64,000 nt of DNA. Source: Eledone cirrhosa (taxonomy: Eukaryota). Position numbers and translations under genes: made by a program. The stretch is from NCBI GenBank assembly GCA_964016885.1, contig OZ024747.1, positions 46,810,001 through 46,874,000 on the forward strand, given 5' to 3'. Below, in pieces: positions 30,829 to 45,112 of this stretch. The stretch's first letter is position 1; each line of letters opens with the position of its first letter. The notes below the pieces were generated by a model. That model was not told the DNA's origin. It searched no databases and saw nothing but the letters and a program-made list of their open reading frames with translations.

Positions 30829-30949
30829 GAAAAGATTCAGGACCCCGACGGCTGAGCTCCGGCCGTTTCGACAGCTAGATCGGAACGGTAGTATCGAGTA
30901 CTCTGGTGCGTTATGGTTCACCTAGTATCATGCCATACCCATTTTGTTA
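30829..30949. mobile_element. Divergent family B element (inverted HHR half joined to sense tail); similar copy at 48340-48436
   Basis: GACCCCGACGGCTGAGCTCCGGCCGTTTCGAC followed by GAGTACTCTGGTGCGTTATGG...TTGTTA(TA)n. Confidence 0.7.
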
Positions 30950-31429
30950 TATATATATATATATGGTACCCCACCTTAGTCAGAATCGCAGTTTCAAGAG
31001 CGATTGACGATAACGAAGCTGGGCCTTCTTATTACCAGTTTAGATGGTTGGTTTTAATTTGAATTTTATTTCGTTATTTTCTGTCATTGAAGTTGTTTTA
31101 ATTTTGGATAAGATTTATACTTTAGTTATGAGTCTTCATTAAATATGAAGTATTTGATGAATGATTTTCCTTGTGGTAGGTCTTTGTGGGTTAGGGTTTC
31201 TTTTAATCGTTTACATATATTTTAATGTTGAGTGAAGTTACTAGAGATTATCTATATATAAAGAGCGAATGGCATATATAGGGATATATCAAACAATGCA
31301 CAGGGGATAATTCGTAAAAGAATGTAAGAACATGTCAACTATAAATAAGCAGTATAGAGAGTTTAACAAAAAAATCAAACAATACATACCGAACACCAAA
31401 TCATTTTTTTACTCACTCGCACACAATTC

Positions 31430-31500
31430 CTTAATCGCTACAGAACAATGTTTCACCTTCGAATGGTGAAGTGCAAATGGTAAGCTAGGATCATCAGTGA
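31430..31500 (-). ncRNA. Decayed hammerhead-like motif
   Basis: Minus strand: CTGATGA tCCT...AGGt GAAA CA ttgttc TG TA. Stem I is disrupted. Confidence 0.4.
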
Positions 31501-32932
31501 GAGAAGGCTAAATTCATATGAACTCACACCTCTAAGTAAATTTTAGGACTAGCCAAAACGCACATGGAGTTAAGAAATAACACCACTCTTCAGTTCTGGC
31601 TATGTGACGTGAATAGGTATACAGTTAGCTAAAAATAGCAGCCAAAAACTATTCATCAATAAGAAGTTCAACCAAATAAAATTTAGTAGCATATTTATAT
31701 TGCGCGTGTCAGTAATTTAACAGACGCGACATTTTTATTCATTTTAGTAATATAAATATGCTTGTAAAAGCGAGAGATATGGATAAATATATGCACCCAA
31801 GGTTTAAGGTGCAGAAAGTCACTAATGAGAGTAGCACTCAATACATGCCTTGGAGCAATGTGAATAGAGAAATATAGTAGAATCGTCCTAAGGACATTTG
31901 TTACTATCCGAAGATATAGTCGAAACGGAGAGGACCTTTCGTTTGGATTTTACAGTATTTCTTTCTCTCTCTCCATCACACTTTCTCTCTCTCTCTATAT
32001 ATATATATATATAGCACAAAATTATACGTTCGCACGTTTATTCGGTAAATTTCTTTTGTGATATTCCTGGGAAGTCTTTAAACCAATTACTCTTTCATTT
32101 TATATCCACGTAAAGCTAGCTCTACAACAAAACACCTGTTACACACTATGTTACATGGATGTAGAGATCACGAAGACTAGAGTCACATCAGATAATAGAT
32201 TCCTATGGAGCGACTGGAATGTCTTTAATCATAAATGTGCTTGATGAACGTTGACCGTTGGTTAAACAACAAAAGCTGCAACGGAAACGAGCATATGAAA
32301 GAAAGCATTCATGTGGTCTCTCAACTTGTTAGAAATAACATCCAAATTCCGAGGAAAACACTAATTTGCTGGATTCTTCTAGTCTCGATACAATATCAGA
32401 CTCATCAATTAACGTGCAATTGTTTGACTATTCCACAGGAACGTGCGCCCGTGACATTTTTCCTCATCCTCAACTCCCAATGTCTAATAATAATCACTTT
32501 CAACATTCGGTACCGAATTATGAGACTGGGACATGCGCTATGCTTTGCATGATTTGCTGGTAATAGTAGCAAAAGAAAACGACGATATATTCTACTATGT
32601 GCTCAAAGATATATGTAAAGACATAATGGTTATCGCTTGAATGTCTTTAACCATAGCACTTCTCAATAAATCTAGATATGAAGTAAATTATTACGAATAT
32701 CACTGATATATGAATTATATATGTGTTATAGTCAGGAGCCTCGTTTGCCTTAAAAATGTGAGGGGGAGCAACCAACATTTGTTGCTTCTTAAAGGAGCAT
32801 AAATTGCTTATGGTGCCTTTCCTGGACCCTATCACATAAGTAACATTTTACGCTAATTAAATTTTATATATTCAAATGAAGTTCAGATATAAAAAAAATA
32901 GCCCTAAAACGAATTTATTATCAAATAAACTA

Positions 32933-33103
32933 GGGCAGTGGATTGGCAAAATAGGTAGAGCTTTGCAGCATAGAGTTACGGTCCTTTACGGTCTGAGTTC
33001 AAATCTCGCTGAGGTTAACTTTGCCTTTCATCCTTACGGGGTCGATAAAATAAAGTACAGTCTTCCAATATTGCTGGCCTTGTGCCCATATAAGAAACCA
33101 TTA
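32933..33103 (+). mobile_element. Major SINE copy
   Basis: SINE body flanked by the TSD ATTAT(A)TCAAATAAAC. Confidence 0.8.
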
Positions 33104-33477
33104 TATCAAATAAACCAAAAATAAAACATAGACGGTTGAAAAAAAGGCCTGTGGTTATAGTTACAAGAAGAATGAAAAACAACAACACGGGATTAGAACG
33201 CAGAACCTAAATAGTTGTAAATAACGGTATATAAACATTTCATTCACACGTACTACATTTTCTAGTGTTTTTCTGAGTTGTATAAAATCAGGCGTGACCT
33301 TGACTTCACCGTTTATCTTTTCAAGGGTCGATAAAACAAGTAGAGTGTGGCTGGTTTGCTCAGCCGTGGAAAAATGACTATATATATTGGCCTGTTAGTC
33401 TAATAATATATACGCAAACGTCACCCTCCATATATATATATATAAATAAATATATATATATAAATGCATAAGTGTGA

Positions 33478-33517
<40 letters not shown>

Positions 33518-34064
33518 TCTTGAACACATATATAAATACAACATATACACATAGGTATGTATTTGTTTGTGTTAAGATGAACGATAATAAGTAGTTATAT
33601 GCAATTATATAATAAAATATTATTCGAGTTGAAGTCATTCTAGGGACTTTCTGAAGTCATTGGTAGGGACTTTCCTAAGTTTTTGTGAGTCGTTTGCCGA
33701 AGTTGAACTCTTGCGATCCTTGCCGGAGGATCGAAACCGGGAAACTTGGAATAGCGAAGTACAAGGAATTTAGCCCTTGCTAATTATGTATGTGATGCCC
33801 ATCTATTTCAAAAGTGAAAACACCTTAAGGGGGATGGGGACGCTTGAATCAAAGTAACATCACCAGGCACATCTAAGTTCATGCAATTGCGCAGGGGTTT
33901 CGTCGCGTACATTGGTGACTGGCACCGAGGAGCTCGAGGCTCGCGATAGAGTGGACTGAAACACCTACAGAGTTGCTTCGCTACTTAATGAGTCGTAGTC
34001 TGTTTAGCCTAGTATACACACACACACCCACTCATTCACACACACACACACTCTCACACATACG

Positions 34065-34127
<63 letters not shown>

Positions 34128-34131
<4 letters not shown>

Positions 34132-34378
34132 AATAAAGTTAATATGTCTAAGGGTACAAGGTACCCCCAGAAATACATAGGTTGTCTATGATTCAAGGTG
34201 GTTCTATGGTAATAATTTGATATACCAGAACTTAATATCAAGATAAGCAGAACAAGTAAAATTCAACCAATTTTTCAAAATAAATCAAAATTAAAATTTA
34301 ATTTTGATTAATTTTAATTTTAAATTAATTTTGATTTATTTTGAAAAATTGGTTGAATTTTACTTGTTCTGCTTATCT

Positions 34379-34384
<6 letters not shown>
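34128..34384 (-). mobile_element. (TA)n-embedded fold-back element (arms 34236-34295 and 34325-34384)
   Basis: ATATCAAGATAAGCAGAACAAGTAAAATTCAACCAATTTTTCAAAATAAATCAAAATTAA is mirrored, with a scrambled AT-rich centre. Confidence 0.75.
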
Positions 34385-34416
<32 letters not shown>

Positions 34417-34541
34417 AAATGTATGTATATGTATATATATGTATATATTTATACTTTACATGTATATATACTATACATATATTATACATATATATATGTA
34501 TATATATGCACATACACACACATTAATATATATGAATATAA

Positions 34542-34581
<40 letters not shown>

Positions 34582-34889
34582 GTATGAAGTTGACGGCTCA
34601 GAGAAAAGCGCACTCAATACCGAATCACACGATAATCAGCGTATTTTCTTCTGCCAGATAGTCTGGAATACATGCCTATATAACATATATAGCATGTGCA
34701 TGGCACATACACAAGAAGAAACACGCTGTATGTATGTATACACTGTATGTATACGTGCATATATACATATATGTGTATAATCACACATATATATGTATCA
34801 TCATGCATATCCGTATAGAAATGATAGGAAAATATTTATCGAGAAGTAGAATCACAAAAACATAGATAGATTGATAGAGAAACAGACAT

Positions 34890-34952
<63 letters not shown>

Positions 34953-34996
34953 TATTTCTTTATTTACCATAAAGGCATTTATATAGATAGATAGAT

Positions 34997-35050
<54 letters not shown>

Positions 35051-35659
35051 TTCTTTATTTGCCACAAGGGCGTACAAAAATGGGACATCACATGACATAA
35101 AATCTTTAACAATAATTGTTTCTACTTTAGGCACAAGGCCAGCAATTACCCAGTGCATTACTGGTACTTTATTTTATCGACCCCGTAAGGATGAAAGGCA
35201 AAGTTATAACAATAAACTCTATATATAATAAAACAAAGGAAATCCCCACTAGTAGGGAACGTTTCTGGTGGGTTGTTTTACACCCCGTGGATAGAACAAC
35301 CCTCAACACCAGATAGATAGAAATATGTTTCTATTTATTGTCACGCGAGCGCAAAAGAAGGGGACAAATACAAAGGGGGGGGGGATATAGATAGATAAAT
35401 AGAGAGAGGGGTAAGTAGGTAGGTAGATAGGTAGGTAGAATTCTTAATTTTTTTTTTTTATAGAAAGAAGATAGATGCATGAAAATCAAAGTTTATAAAA
35501 ATTGAAATGAATAGTTGCTATTTATAATATCCCCATCAGAAAATATATAACATGCCGTCGTTCAACTATGTATAGTGTATGAAATATACTATATATGAAA
35601 TAAGTAAGTACGCCTATATGTATGTATGTATGTATGTATTATATATATATATGTGTATG

Positions 35660-35724
<65 letters not shown>

Positions 35725-35782
35725 CTATGCATATATATATATTTATATATGTATGCATATATATATATTTATATATGTATGC

Positions 35783-35814
<32 letters not shown>

Positions 35815-35997
35815 TTATATATGTATGCATATATATATATATATATATATGTATACATGTATGTATATATGTATGTATCCATATATATATAATATATAAA
35901 TAGTTATATATATATATATATATTTATATATGTATGCATATATATATATGTATATGTATACATGTATGTATATATATATGTATCCATATATATATAG

Positions 35998-36028
<31 letters not shown>

Positions 36029-36032
36029 ATAC

Positions 36033-36064
<32 letters not shown>

Positions 36065-36285
36065 ATTTGTGTGTGTGTGTGTGTGTATGCATGCATGTCT
36101 TTAATTATATACATATATAACATTTACACACACACACGCACACACACACACACGGATATATATATACGTGCGGGTGTTTATATTGATATGTATATGTATA
36201 ATAAAAATCATATGTCCATGATTATATATGGTATAAATATGTGCGTGTTTGTTTGTGTGTGTGAGTGAGTGTGTGTGTGTATGTC

Positions 36286-36346
<61 letters not shown>

Positions 36347-36352
36347 ATATAA

Positions 36353-36389
<37 letters not shown>

Positions 36390-36478
36390 TAGATAGATAT
36401 ATGTGTGCGTGTGTGTTTATATATGTGTATATATAAACGGATATAAACCCTATACATATGTATATATATATATATGTA

Positions 36479-36548
<70 letters not shown>

Positions 36549-36599
36549 CTCACACACGAGCACATACATTGAATATATATTCTCTCTCGTATGTTAACA

Positions 36600-37390
36600 T
36601 TTTTTTTTTTTTAATTACTATAAACACATCTTTTTTCAAATAACAACAACAACACTAAAGATATTTAAAAACGGAAAATGAAAGGAAAGGCAAGGTTTCT
36701 AGGGTGACAGAAGAATGAGGGAAAAGGGGGAGGTCGATGGGCTCTCGGCCCAGGGCGGGTGGTGTTGGGGCTACGCCCGGCAGACAGGTCCGCAAAAGCA
36801 TTTCTGCGGACAATGACCAGTGGCATCTTCTTGAACAGTCACCCCCACCTCGCGGGACGCTTTCCTCAGAGGACTGCTGACAGTTCCGATCTTGCGGAGT
36901 AGCTCGGCTGTACGGGCCTTAAGTACGCCAGGGGTCTCAACGGTGATCAGTCCGAAGAGGAAGGGGTCGGGAAATCCCCGGTATTTTATTTGTCTTCCTT
37001 TCCTCTGCATTGCGGGTCGCAGTACCGGGGTTTGTGGCCGAAGTGACTAAGAAGCTGGAGGAGGAGATTGTGTCACAACATGTGACATCCCAGATGAGGG
37101 ATCTACTTCCTTCGAAAGGGAAGCAGATGTTTCCGTTGAGGCGCTTGATTTTTTAGCGGGCCTGCTGGCTCCAGTTGTGATGGGAAGCCAGCTGGGTCCA
37201 GGCTCCTTCTCAATATGTCGTTCAGAGCGACATGTCGGGGGAACCAGCCTGCGCTCTGGTGGTAAGATAGTGGGTGCAGGCCGAACTTGTCAACGACCAC
37301 TCCGAAACGGCATTTTTGTGGCTCACACACGCGGACGCCGAGGCATTGGGCCACTCCGATGCGAGTGCAGTCGATATGCGCACAGGAAAT
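36600..37390 (-). pseudogene. 3' fragment of a CRE-like non-LTR retrotransposon (Zn finger plus restriction-like endonuclease) with poly(A)
   Basis: VRVCEPQKCRFGVVVDKFGLHPLSYHQSAGWFPRHVALNDILRRSL...LEPAG and RKGRQIKYRG...FGLITVETPGV. T-run at 36600. Confidence 0.75.
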
Positions 37391-37423
37391 GCATGTGTAT
37401 GTATGCATATGTACATCATATAT

Positions 37424-37508
<85 letters not shown>

Positions 37509-37519
37509 TATATATGCGT

Positions 37520-37702
37520 ATCCCGGGTTTAATCGGGGGTAACCACAGTAAGGTACTCAATACATAGCAGAGTATAAAAATTTAATATAGAAATGGCTTC
37601 TACAGGGCTAAAACTGTTTCATTCGAAAGAAATCATCGGGGCTTCGCTGAGGATTTCATTCGCATGAAACAGTTCTAGTCCTGTAGAAGCGATTTCTATA
37701 TT
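37520..37702 (-). mobile_element. Family E fold-back element with HHR motifs on both arms
   Basis: GCTTCg CTGAGGA tttcattcgcat GAAA CAG ttctagtc CTG TA GAAGC at 37641-37690. Confidence 0.75.
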
Positions 37703-37726
37703 CTCTCTCTCTGTCTGTATATATGA

Positions 37727-37782
<56 letters not shown>

Positions 37783-38074
37783 TCGCCCATCATACCTGCA
37801 TGTTATTAAGTATATTTCTACTCCTTACCACCTATTGTATGTTTTTTTTAACTTGTTGCAGCGGACTATACTTACCCTTGGTTACTTTTGTAGGCTGTTG
37901 AACTGCAACTTTCTTTTATGGACAACACAAGCGTTCTATTTTCCTCCTGTCCAACCCATACGAAATGTGGATTTTATGTAATATAATTTTCTTTTCCACA
38001 ATAGTAATTAATTAGAATTTGATTAAATGTTGATCGAATCGTGAAGGGAAGCTAATCTTCAGAATTATGGCAAT

Positions 38075-38116
38075 CATTTTTTAGATGTTTCGCTCCAGCT
38101 GAACCTCTTCAGCGAT
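38075..38116 (-). ncRNA. Decayed hammerhead-like motif
   Basis: Minus strand: CTGAAGA ggttcagctggagc GAAA CAT...ATG. Cleavage site and stem I are eroded. Confidence 0.35.
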
Positions 38117-38218
38117 TTATAATCTAACCGTTGCAATCAGATCTTAGAATGGGTATAGGGTAAGAAATAGATATTTTGTGGGATATACCCTGTAGTATTC
38201 TGATAACTCTGACCTGCC

Positions 38219-38392
38219 GAAGAAGAAGAAGAAGAAGAAGAAGAAGAAGAAGAAGAAGAAGAAGAAGAAGAAGAAGAAGAAGAAGAAGAAGAAGAAGAAG
38301 AAGAAGAAGAAGAAAAAAGAAGAAGAAGAAGAAGAAGAAGAAGAAGAAGAAGAAGAAGAAGAAGAAGAAGAAGAAGAAGAAAAAGAAGAAGA
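38219..38392. repeat. (GAA)n microsatellite
   Basis: About 58 nearly pure units. Confidence 0.97.
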
Positions 38393-38461
38393 TTGACTAA
38401 TTATTATATATATATTGGCTTACTATACAAATTATGTTCGTGTCAAAGTTGCTGCGCATGG

Positions 38462-38519
<58 letters not shown>

Positions 38520-39946
38520 GCATCAATAGAACCATTGTGTGTCTTGTGTCTACCACTAAAAAAAAAAAGAATATTTTTCCCATAATTTTAATTTTTTGTT
38601 TGGCGATATAGTCACCGGCAATGCTAATCAATACAGCTAGTTACTCACATGTATAGACTGAAACCGACACACACACACACAAACACACCTCTACGCGCAC
38701 ATGCACATACACTTACAGTAAAACATAGATGCCAACATATACAGATTTCTCAGACAAATTTAATCCAATAAAATTATATATGTATGGACTAGTGGTAACC
38801 CCTGTTGGGACTGGTGGTAACCCCTGTTGGAAACTTAGGGTCACTGTCGGGGCATATGGTGGGTTAAACCTGGTAGAGCTCTCCGGATCAGAATACCACC
38901 GATTTCTTCCAGAGAAATATAGAAATAGGAAGGAAGTGAGAAAGTGATTTATATTACTGGACGAGTATTTTTGTTTTTTTTTATCGATTTCGTAAGCATG
39001 AATTGTAAAGTTGGCCTTTGCAGGATTTGAACTTAGTGAGCGCCAATTCTTCACACCTCCGATATAATTATTTAAACTACCTTTCAATACATGCATTACC
39101 AATTACACTTATGGTATAGTATGGTCCCGTAAATCCTGCTAAAGTCGTAGGGGGTGCCGTATTGTCATACTGCATTATGGGGGGCATTTTAAGCCTGGTC
39201 GAGCCCATCCCTCTCCAGGTCTGAGTACAGCAGATTCCTTCCAGAAAAAAAATGGAAGTGAGAGAGAGGAAATGTGAAAGAGATATAGAGGAATAATCGA
39301 CCCCATTACTAGACTGGTACTTTTTTTATCGACCTCGAAAGGATGAAAGGCAAAGTTGACCTCGGTGGGATTTGAACTCAGAGAGCAGAGGACTGGAATG
39401 AATACCATAAAGTATTCTATCCGACGTTCTAACGACTCTGTCAATTCGCCGCCTAATTACACTTAGAGACGAAACTTATTAGTTTTTAAACGTGATCATT
39501 GTACATATTGCACTAGAACGTTCGGTGTATCCTAGATATTATTATTATTGGTTTTAGGTACTGTTTTGGTTAACAGTTCATCGTGAAGATTCTTAATTGC
39601 GAGGAAATTCATTGAAGATAACCCTCATCTGATGTCGAGATATCATAACGAGACTGGTGTCAACATTGGCTTTCAAGTGATTCAGATTAATTTAGACTAG
39701 TTGTAAATTATTAACAGAAATTACCTGTTTGACCTGTGGGCTGTACTCTACTCCGGCCAGACGTCTTAGATCTGTATTGCTACGTTATCCAACACAAAAT
39801 GGTCGTTAATGACATAAAGTAGTTCTCAAGTGACAAATGCCACTTTCAAATACTGAATTTCGTAGTAGAGTATTTACTCACCAGTTTTGTGTAAATACGG
39901 ACGAGTATAAATGTAATGTTTTAATGATATTTATATGTTTGCTTGT

Positions 39947-39979
<33 letters not shown>

Positions 39980-41141
39980 CTGTTTCTGTTTAGCCCCAGA
40001 CCAGTTATGGTTGAACTGAAATATGATCAAATCATTCCAGTCGTGATCATCCCATTCTTGTTTTTCAGATATAAAATATCATATATTCTACTACCCTACA
40101 CTATCCGCCTTTCTTTTTAAGACTGTAGAGTTTTATTCAGGGGATATTGCTGTTCCAAACATGAAGGTTCTCTGTATGTTTACTGTAAACCATTTAGAAG
40201 CATAAACATGAGTTAAAAGATTGTTTTGCAGTCAGGTAGAACAGGGTATGATGTCACTGCACTGCAGTATCTTATACCAAGCTTCCGTATTGACCTATGT
40301 ATCTGTTCTTGGATTGTATCTTTACTTTGATACCCGGCTAAATCTTTCCGGTTTACAATTAGACATGTTTAGCAGATTTCACCCGCAAACATACGAACCA
40401 TGTCTACATAAAAAGTTAAGGATGCTGCTTTTCTTCTTCTGACGAAAGAGAATTTTTATTTCTCTAACACTCTTGTTCTTACAATTTCCGGGCCTTCATC
40501 ACCTCGAAGGGACTTAATTCCATCATCAAGTTCTACCTCAACACATTTAATCTGATAAGGGGGTTCAACATAATCACTGAATCTGCTAAAGATAGCAAAC
40601 ATGATCTTTAAGGGCAAGACTACAGTTGTATAGATACACGATGCTTCGAAAGAAAAGGACATAATTAAATGCATGGGGCTTGAAAAGGAAAGAAATTGGA
40701 ATCATCATATCTTGAACTCCATTGGTCAAGGCCGCCTTGTCGCAAAACTAAAACGATGACAACATCTCTACACATTGCTTAGATAAAAATTCTCACAAAA
40801 ACACATGCAATATTCAATGGGATGGGCGACTGTAGAAGAAAGGATTCTGAGGCAATGGTGACAATTTCAAGTTGTAGCTGTCCAACTAACCAAAGTAGAT
40901 TCCTTAGAATGAAGTACATTAAGTCCCCACCTTACTAACATCCTATTTACGACCTTCCACAGATACGAATAGTCTCACGAAGAAAAAAAAATGTCTGAGT
41001 TTGAAATTTGCGTGTTTGTGGGCTCTTTCGGGCTCTGGTTTCGTTCTTTTGCAACATAAAGAAGGGTTCCTTCTGTTGCAGCATAAAACCAAGCCGAAAT
41101 CGTACCTACGGTATGTGATAGCATTATGTTTTCGCAGAAAA

Positions 41142-41330
41142 AGGCGGTGGATTGGCAGTATCAGTAGAGGGTCGGACGCCATGCTTTCCAGCATAGTTAC
41201 GTCCCTTTACGATCTGAGTTCAAATCCCGCCGAGGTTGACTTTGCCTTTCATCCTTACGGGGTCGATAAAATAAAGTACCAGTAATGCACTGGGTAATTG
41301 CTGGCCTTGTGCCTATAGTAGAAACAATTA
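41142..41330 (+). mobile_element. Full-length young major SINE with 18-bp TSD
   Basis: TSD ATTATGTTTTCGCAGAAA at 41123-41140 and 41327-41344. Confidence 0.92.
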
Positions 41331-43163
41331 TGTTTTCGCAGAAACACTACTTACTAAGCCTCACCATACATTATCAATTCTAAAGGTACATATCTGTAAT
41401 GAAATATCAACATTTTGTAGGTTGTGAAATGGCGGAGTCCATACAGCGCCCCTACGACTCCACAAAAAAAAAAAAAAGAGTTATAGGTCTATATATATAT
41501 CAACATTTCAAAACGTAAGCCTGCGTGAGGAGAAAGTAACGGGAAATGGTTCAGTATTCAAGTTCGGCTTTGCAGTCGGACTTTGGAGTTTCCTGCAACT
41601 GGTTGTCAATTACATCTTGGTGTGAGAAATGGTAGAACAACATATTGTATTTGATTAAATCATTAAGCAAATATCTTATTCGACTAACAGAGATTTCCAA
41701 CTATAATTTGTAATTCTTATCATCTGTCATGTCAAAGCAGACCGGATTTTTGAATAAGAAAATGGCAAATTACATCTATGAATTTCTCTACTGGCTCTCG
41801 TTTCCTGGTATTTACACTCCACACATAACAGCGATTTGAGATGATGTTATGAAGGTTTCAACTTTATCAATTACTCAAATTAATATGCAATACATTTCTT
41901 TTATTCCCTTCTTAATCGACTTACCACTCACAATTCTTCCAATATTTCTTACCTAGTTTTCACATTCTCTTTATCTGTCTCAAAATCCATCCCCGTCGCT
42001 CCCCTTTTTTCTCTTCCTTCTTCTCCCTCTCTTTGTTTCTCTTATATTATTTCATATATAATGTATTATTTACTTTGATGTGGGTGGTAGTGTAAAGTTT
42101 GTGTACTACACAGGAAGGCGGTTGTTTCGTTCTCTAGCCATTGTTGTTGTTGTTGTTGTTTAACCTCAGATCAAACTTGAACAAACAGACCGGTACCATT
42201 GACATTTGACAACCTTTGAAGCAAATAAACATATTTCGTTCGATTCATTGCGTCTATATATGTTAGGGTGGCGTCTGTTAGGGATAGGGATTAAAGTTAA
42301 ATTTAATTGAATTTATGGTTCATTAAGTTTAAGACTAGACTTATGAGCAAACGTATAATCAAAGGCATTCCAGCAGTGACCATCTCAACATGTTCGTATA
42401 CACAATGACCCTTTTTTAAATCTTTTTTGGTGACATTGTAATGAATAATTTGAATGTGATTTGGTTACTATTTCTAGCTGCATTGGTCGATTTTTCATTC
42501 ATTTTATATGTAATAGTTGCTGCTATGTATGGGGTGTATATATATATGTGTATATGTATGTATATGTGTGTATGTTTTCCACAATCTAATTTCTGTTACA
42601 ACCAACATGTAGACATCTTCACCATTCATGTAAAATTGGCATCACATTTACACACACACACACATACACATACACACACACTCACACACACACACACAAA
42701 CACGAAATAATACAAGATCATTAATGAAGTAGTGATAAATGTTGTTGTTTAACCCCAGGTCAGTCACGATCTAGCAGACTAATGATAAAAAAGGTTCCAG
42801 TCAGTATCATGCTTTATTTTTTTAAACATAGTGTATTTCGAACAATATTGTGATGTGTCCTTCATTTTTCAAAGAGATAATGCTTGGAATATTTGACTGC
42901 TATTTCTAACAGATCGGGCAACCATGTAAATGAATCCTCGGCTCTACTTTAGCAGACTTATGATAAAAAATAGCCCTCTAGCCTTTATCTACATAACCTA
43001 TATTTTTTCAAATACATCCAAAATATTATTTTCCCCACACACAGAGCATTGAGGACCATGTTATACAAAGCGCCCTTTCCATCCTTTTTATTAATGGTGC
43101 GATTTCTAGCTGCTCAAGTGACCACACAGGGACACCCTTGTTAGCTGATAACAGATTGTTTTA

Positions 43164-45020
43164 ATAATTGTTTCTACTTTTGGCACAAGGCCAGCAATTA
43201 CCTTAGTGCATTACTGGTCCTTTATTTCATCAACCCCGTAAGGATGAAAGGCAAAGTTAACCTCGGCGGGATATGAACTCAGACCGTAAAGGGTCGTAAC
43301 TCCATGCTGCTAAGAATGGCGTCCGACCCCCTACCGATACTGCCAATCCACCGCCCTTGATGGATCCTCCGTCTGTTGCGACGATAGGTATTAATGTAAA
43401 ATTAGTGAATTTTCAATAGGCACGTGTGTCCTTCATGTAAATCACTAATTGAGACACCATTACGGCCGTTTATGGTCTGAGTTCAAATCCCGCCAAGGTT
43501 AACTTTGCCTTTCATCCTTACGGGGTCGATAAAATAAAGTACCAGTAATATACTGGTTAATTGCTGGCCTTGTGCCAAAAGTAGAAACAATATATTAACA
43601 TGTTAAAAATCTGGCCCTTTTAATTAATTCTTTGAATTACAGGCACAATACATCGGATGTATTTCCACCAGTCTTCCCCTATCTAAATTCACCGACAGGT
43701 ATCATGTCGACCCTAATTTATGGCCAAAAATGATCCCGGTAGTAGGAATCATAAGGAATGCTAAATGAATCCTATAACCAGTCGACTGAGCCCTACATCC
43801 GCTGTACACCACCATGTTACGGTATACAAACGTTAGGTGTCTCTGTAGAAATTTTATACAAGGTACGGACACACAGACACAGGAACTTTAACAGTTCAAC
43901 AACTACTGTAGGTATGTGTAAACGCTGTTTAGTTGTCATTAACTATAGCAGTTTACTTAACAGACTATCACTCTCTCTCTCTCTCTCTCTCACACACTCT
44001 CTCATTCTATTTCTCACTCTCATTCCCCCTCTCGCTCTCTCTCTCCCCTCTCTTTCTCGTATGTGCGAATACATCTGTATACATCTATCAATACATACGC
44101 ATACTGCTATAAACGCACTCACGACAAGAATCACGCACGATACCAGAAACACCCACACACAATTACGTGCGCGCACACACGGAAATACACACACACACAC
44201 ACACACACATACACATATGTGTGTGTGTAAGTGCGCGTATGCAGTTGTAAGTTTGTATATGTGTATGTATGTGTGATGTGTTCTCATTGGTCTGGACATC
44301 ACTATATTATTCCTGCTTATAAAATGGAAAAAAAGTCTGGTAGATAATATAAGCTCAGATACGGCGAGTCCGGTTTCGATCCCCTTCAACTTCACAGAAG
44401 GTTGTTGTTCCCTTACATACAGTCATTTTGCCATTCTGAGTTCAAATCCCGCCGAGGTTAACTTTGCCTTTCATCCTTACAGGGTCGATAAAATAAAGTA
44501 CCAGTAATACACTGGGTTATTGCTGGCCTTGTGCCAAAACTAGAAACAATTATTGAACTTTGCCTTTCATCCTTACAGGCTCGATAAAATAAAGTACCAG
44601 TAATGCACTGGTTTATTGCTGGCCTTGTGCCAAACGTAGAAACAATTATTGTTGAGGGTAGTGGATTGACTGAATTCTTAGAATGTCAGACAGATATGTT
44701 ATGTTATTTGTTCTGGCTCTTTGCGTTCTGTGTTCAAATACCACCGAGTTTAACTTTACCGTTCATCTTTTCGGGGTCGATAAAATATGTCAGACCTGTC
44801 AACTCTCTCCGTCCGACGGGGAGACCTCCCATCCATTTTGGGGTAGGTGAGAGATGTTTTCTCTTCTGAAAATGGGTATAGCTTTCATGCCCCTTTACGG
44901 TCTGGGTTCAAATCCCGTCGAGGTTAACTTTGCCTTTCATCCTTACGGGGTCGATAAAATAAAGTACCAGTAATGCACTGGGTAATTGCTGGCCTTGTGC
45001 CAAATGTAGAAACAATTATG
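43164..45020. mobile_element. Cluster of major SINE copies (43164-43357 -, 43461-43592 +, 44425-44650 + x2, 44655-44790 old, 44885-45020 +)
   Basis: SINE core repeated at each position. Confidence 0.85.
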
Positions 45021-45112
45021 TAAAATTTCCTCATTTTGCCTCATTTCTCCCCGTTTTTGGTCACTTTTTTCATGGTAGCCCCCGTTTGGGTTTTTAAAGG
45101 TTGGGATGTCTG
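44791..45112. mobile_element. Second CAGAC-ended MITE, interrupted by a 5'-truncated SINE
   Basis: CAGACCTGTCAAC ... GTTGGGATGTCTG. Homologous to 15129-15531. Confidence 0.7.

Noticed and set aside
40130-40930. Complex sequence that might be a decayed transposase or exon
   Set aside because: No motif I could identify in any frame.
41142-41230. SINE heads as tRNA genes
   Set aside because: A/B-box-like motifs only. No cloverleaf, and always fused to the SINE core and tail.
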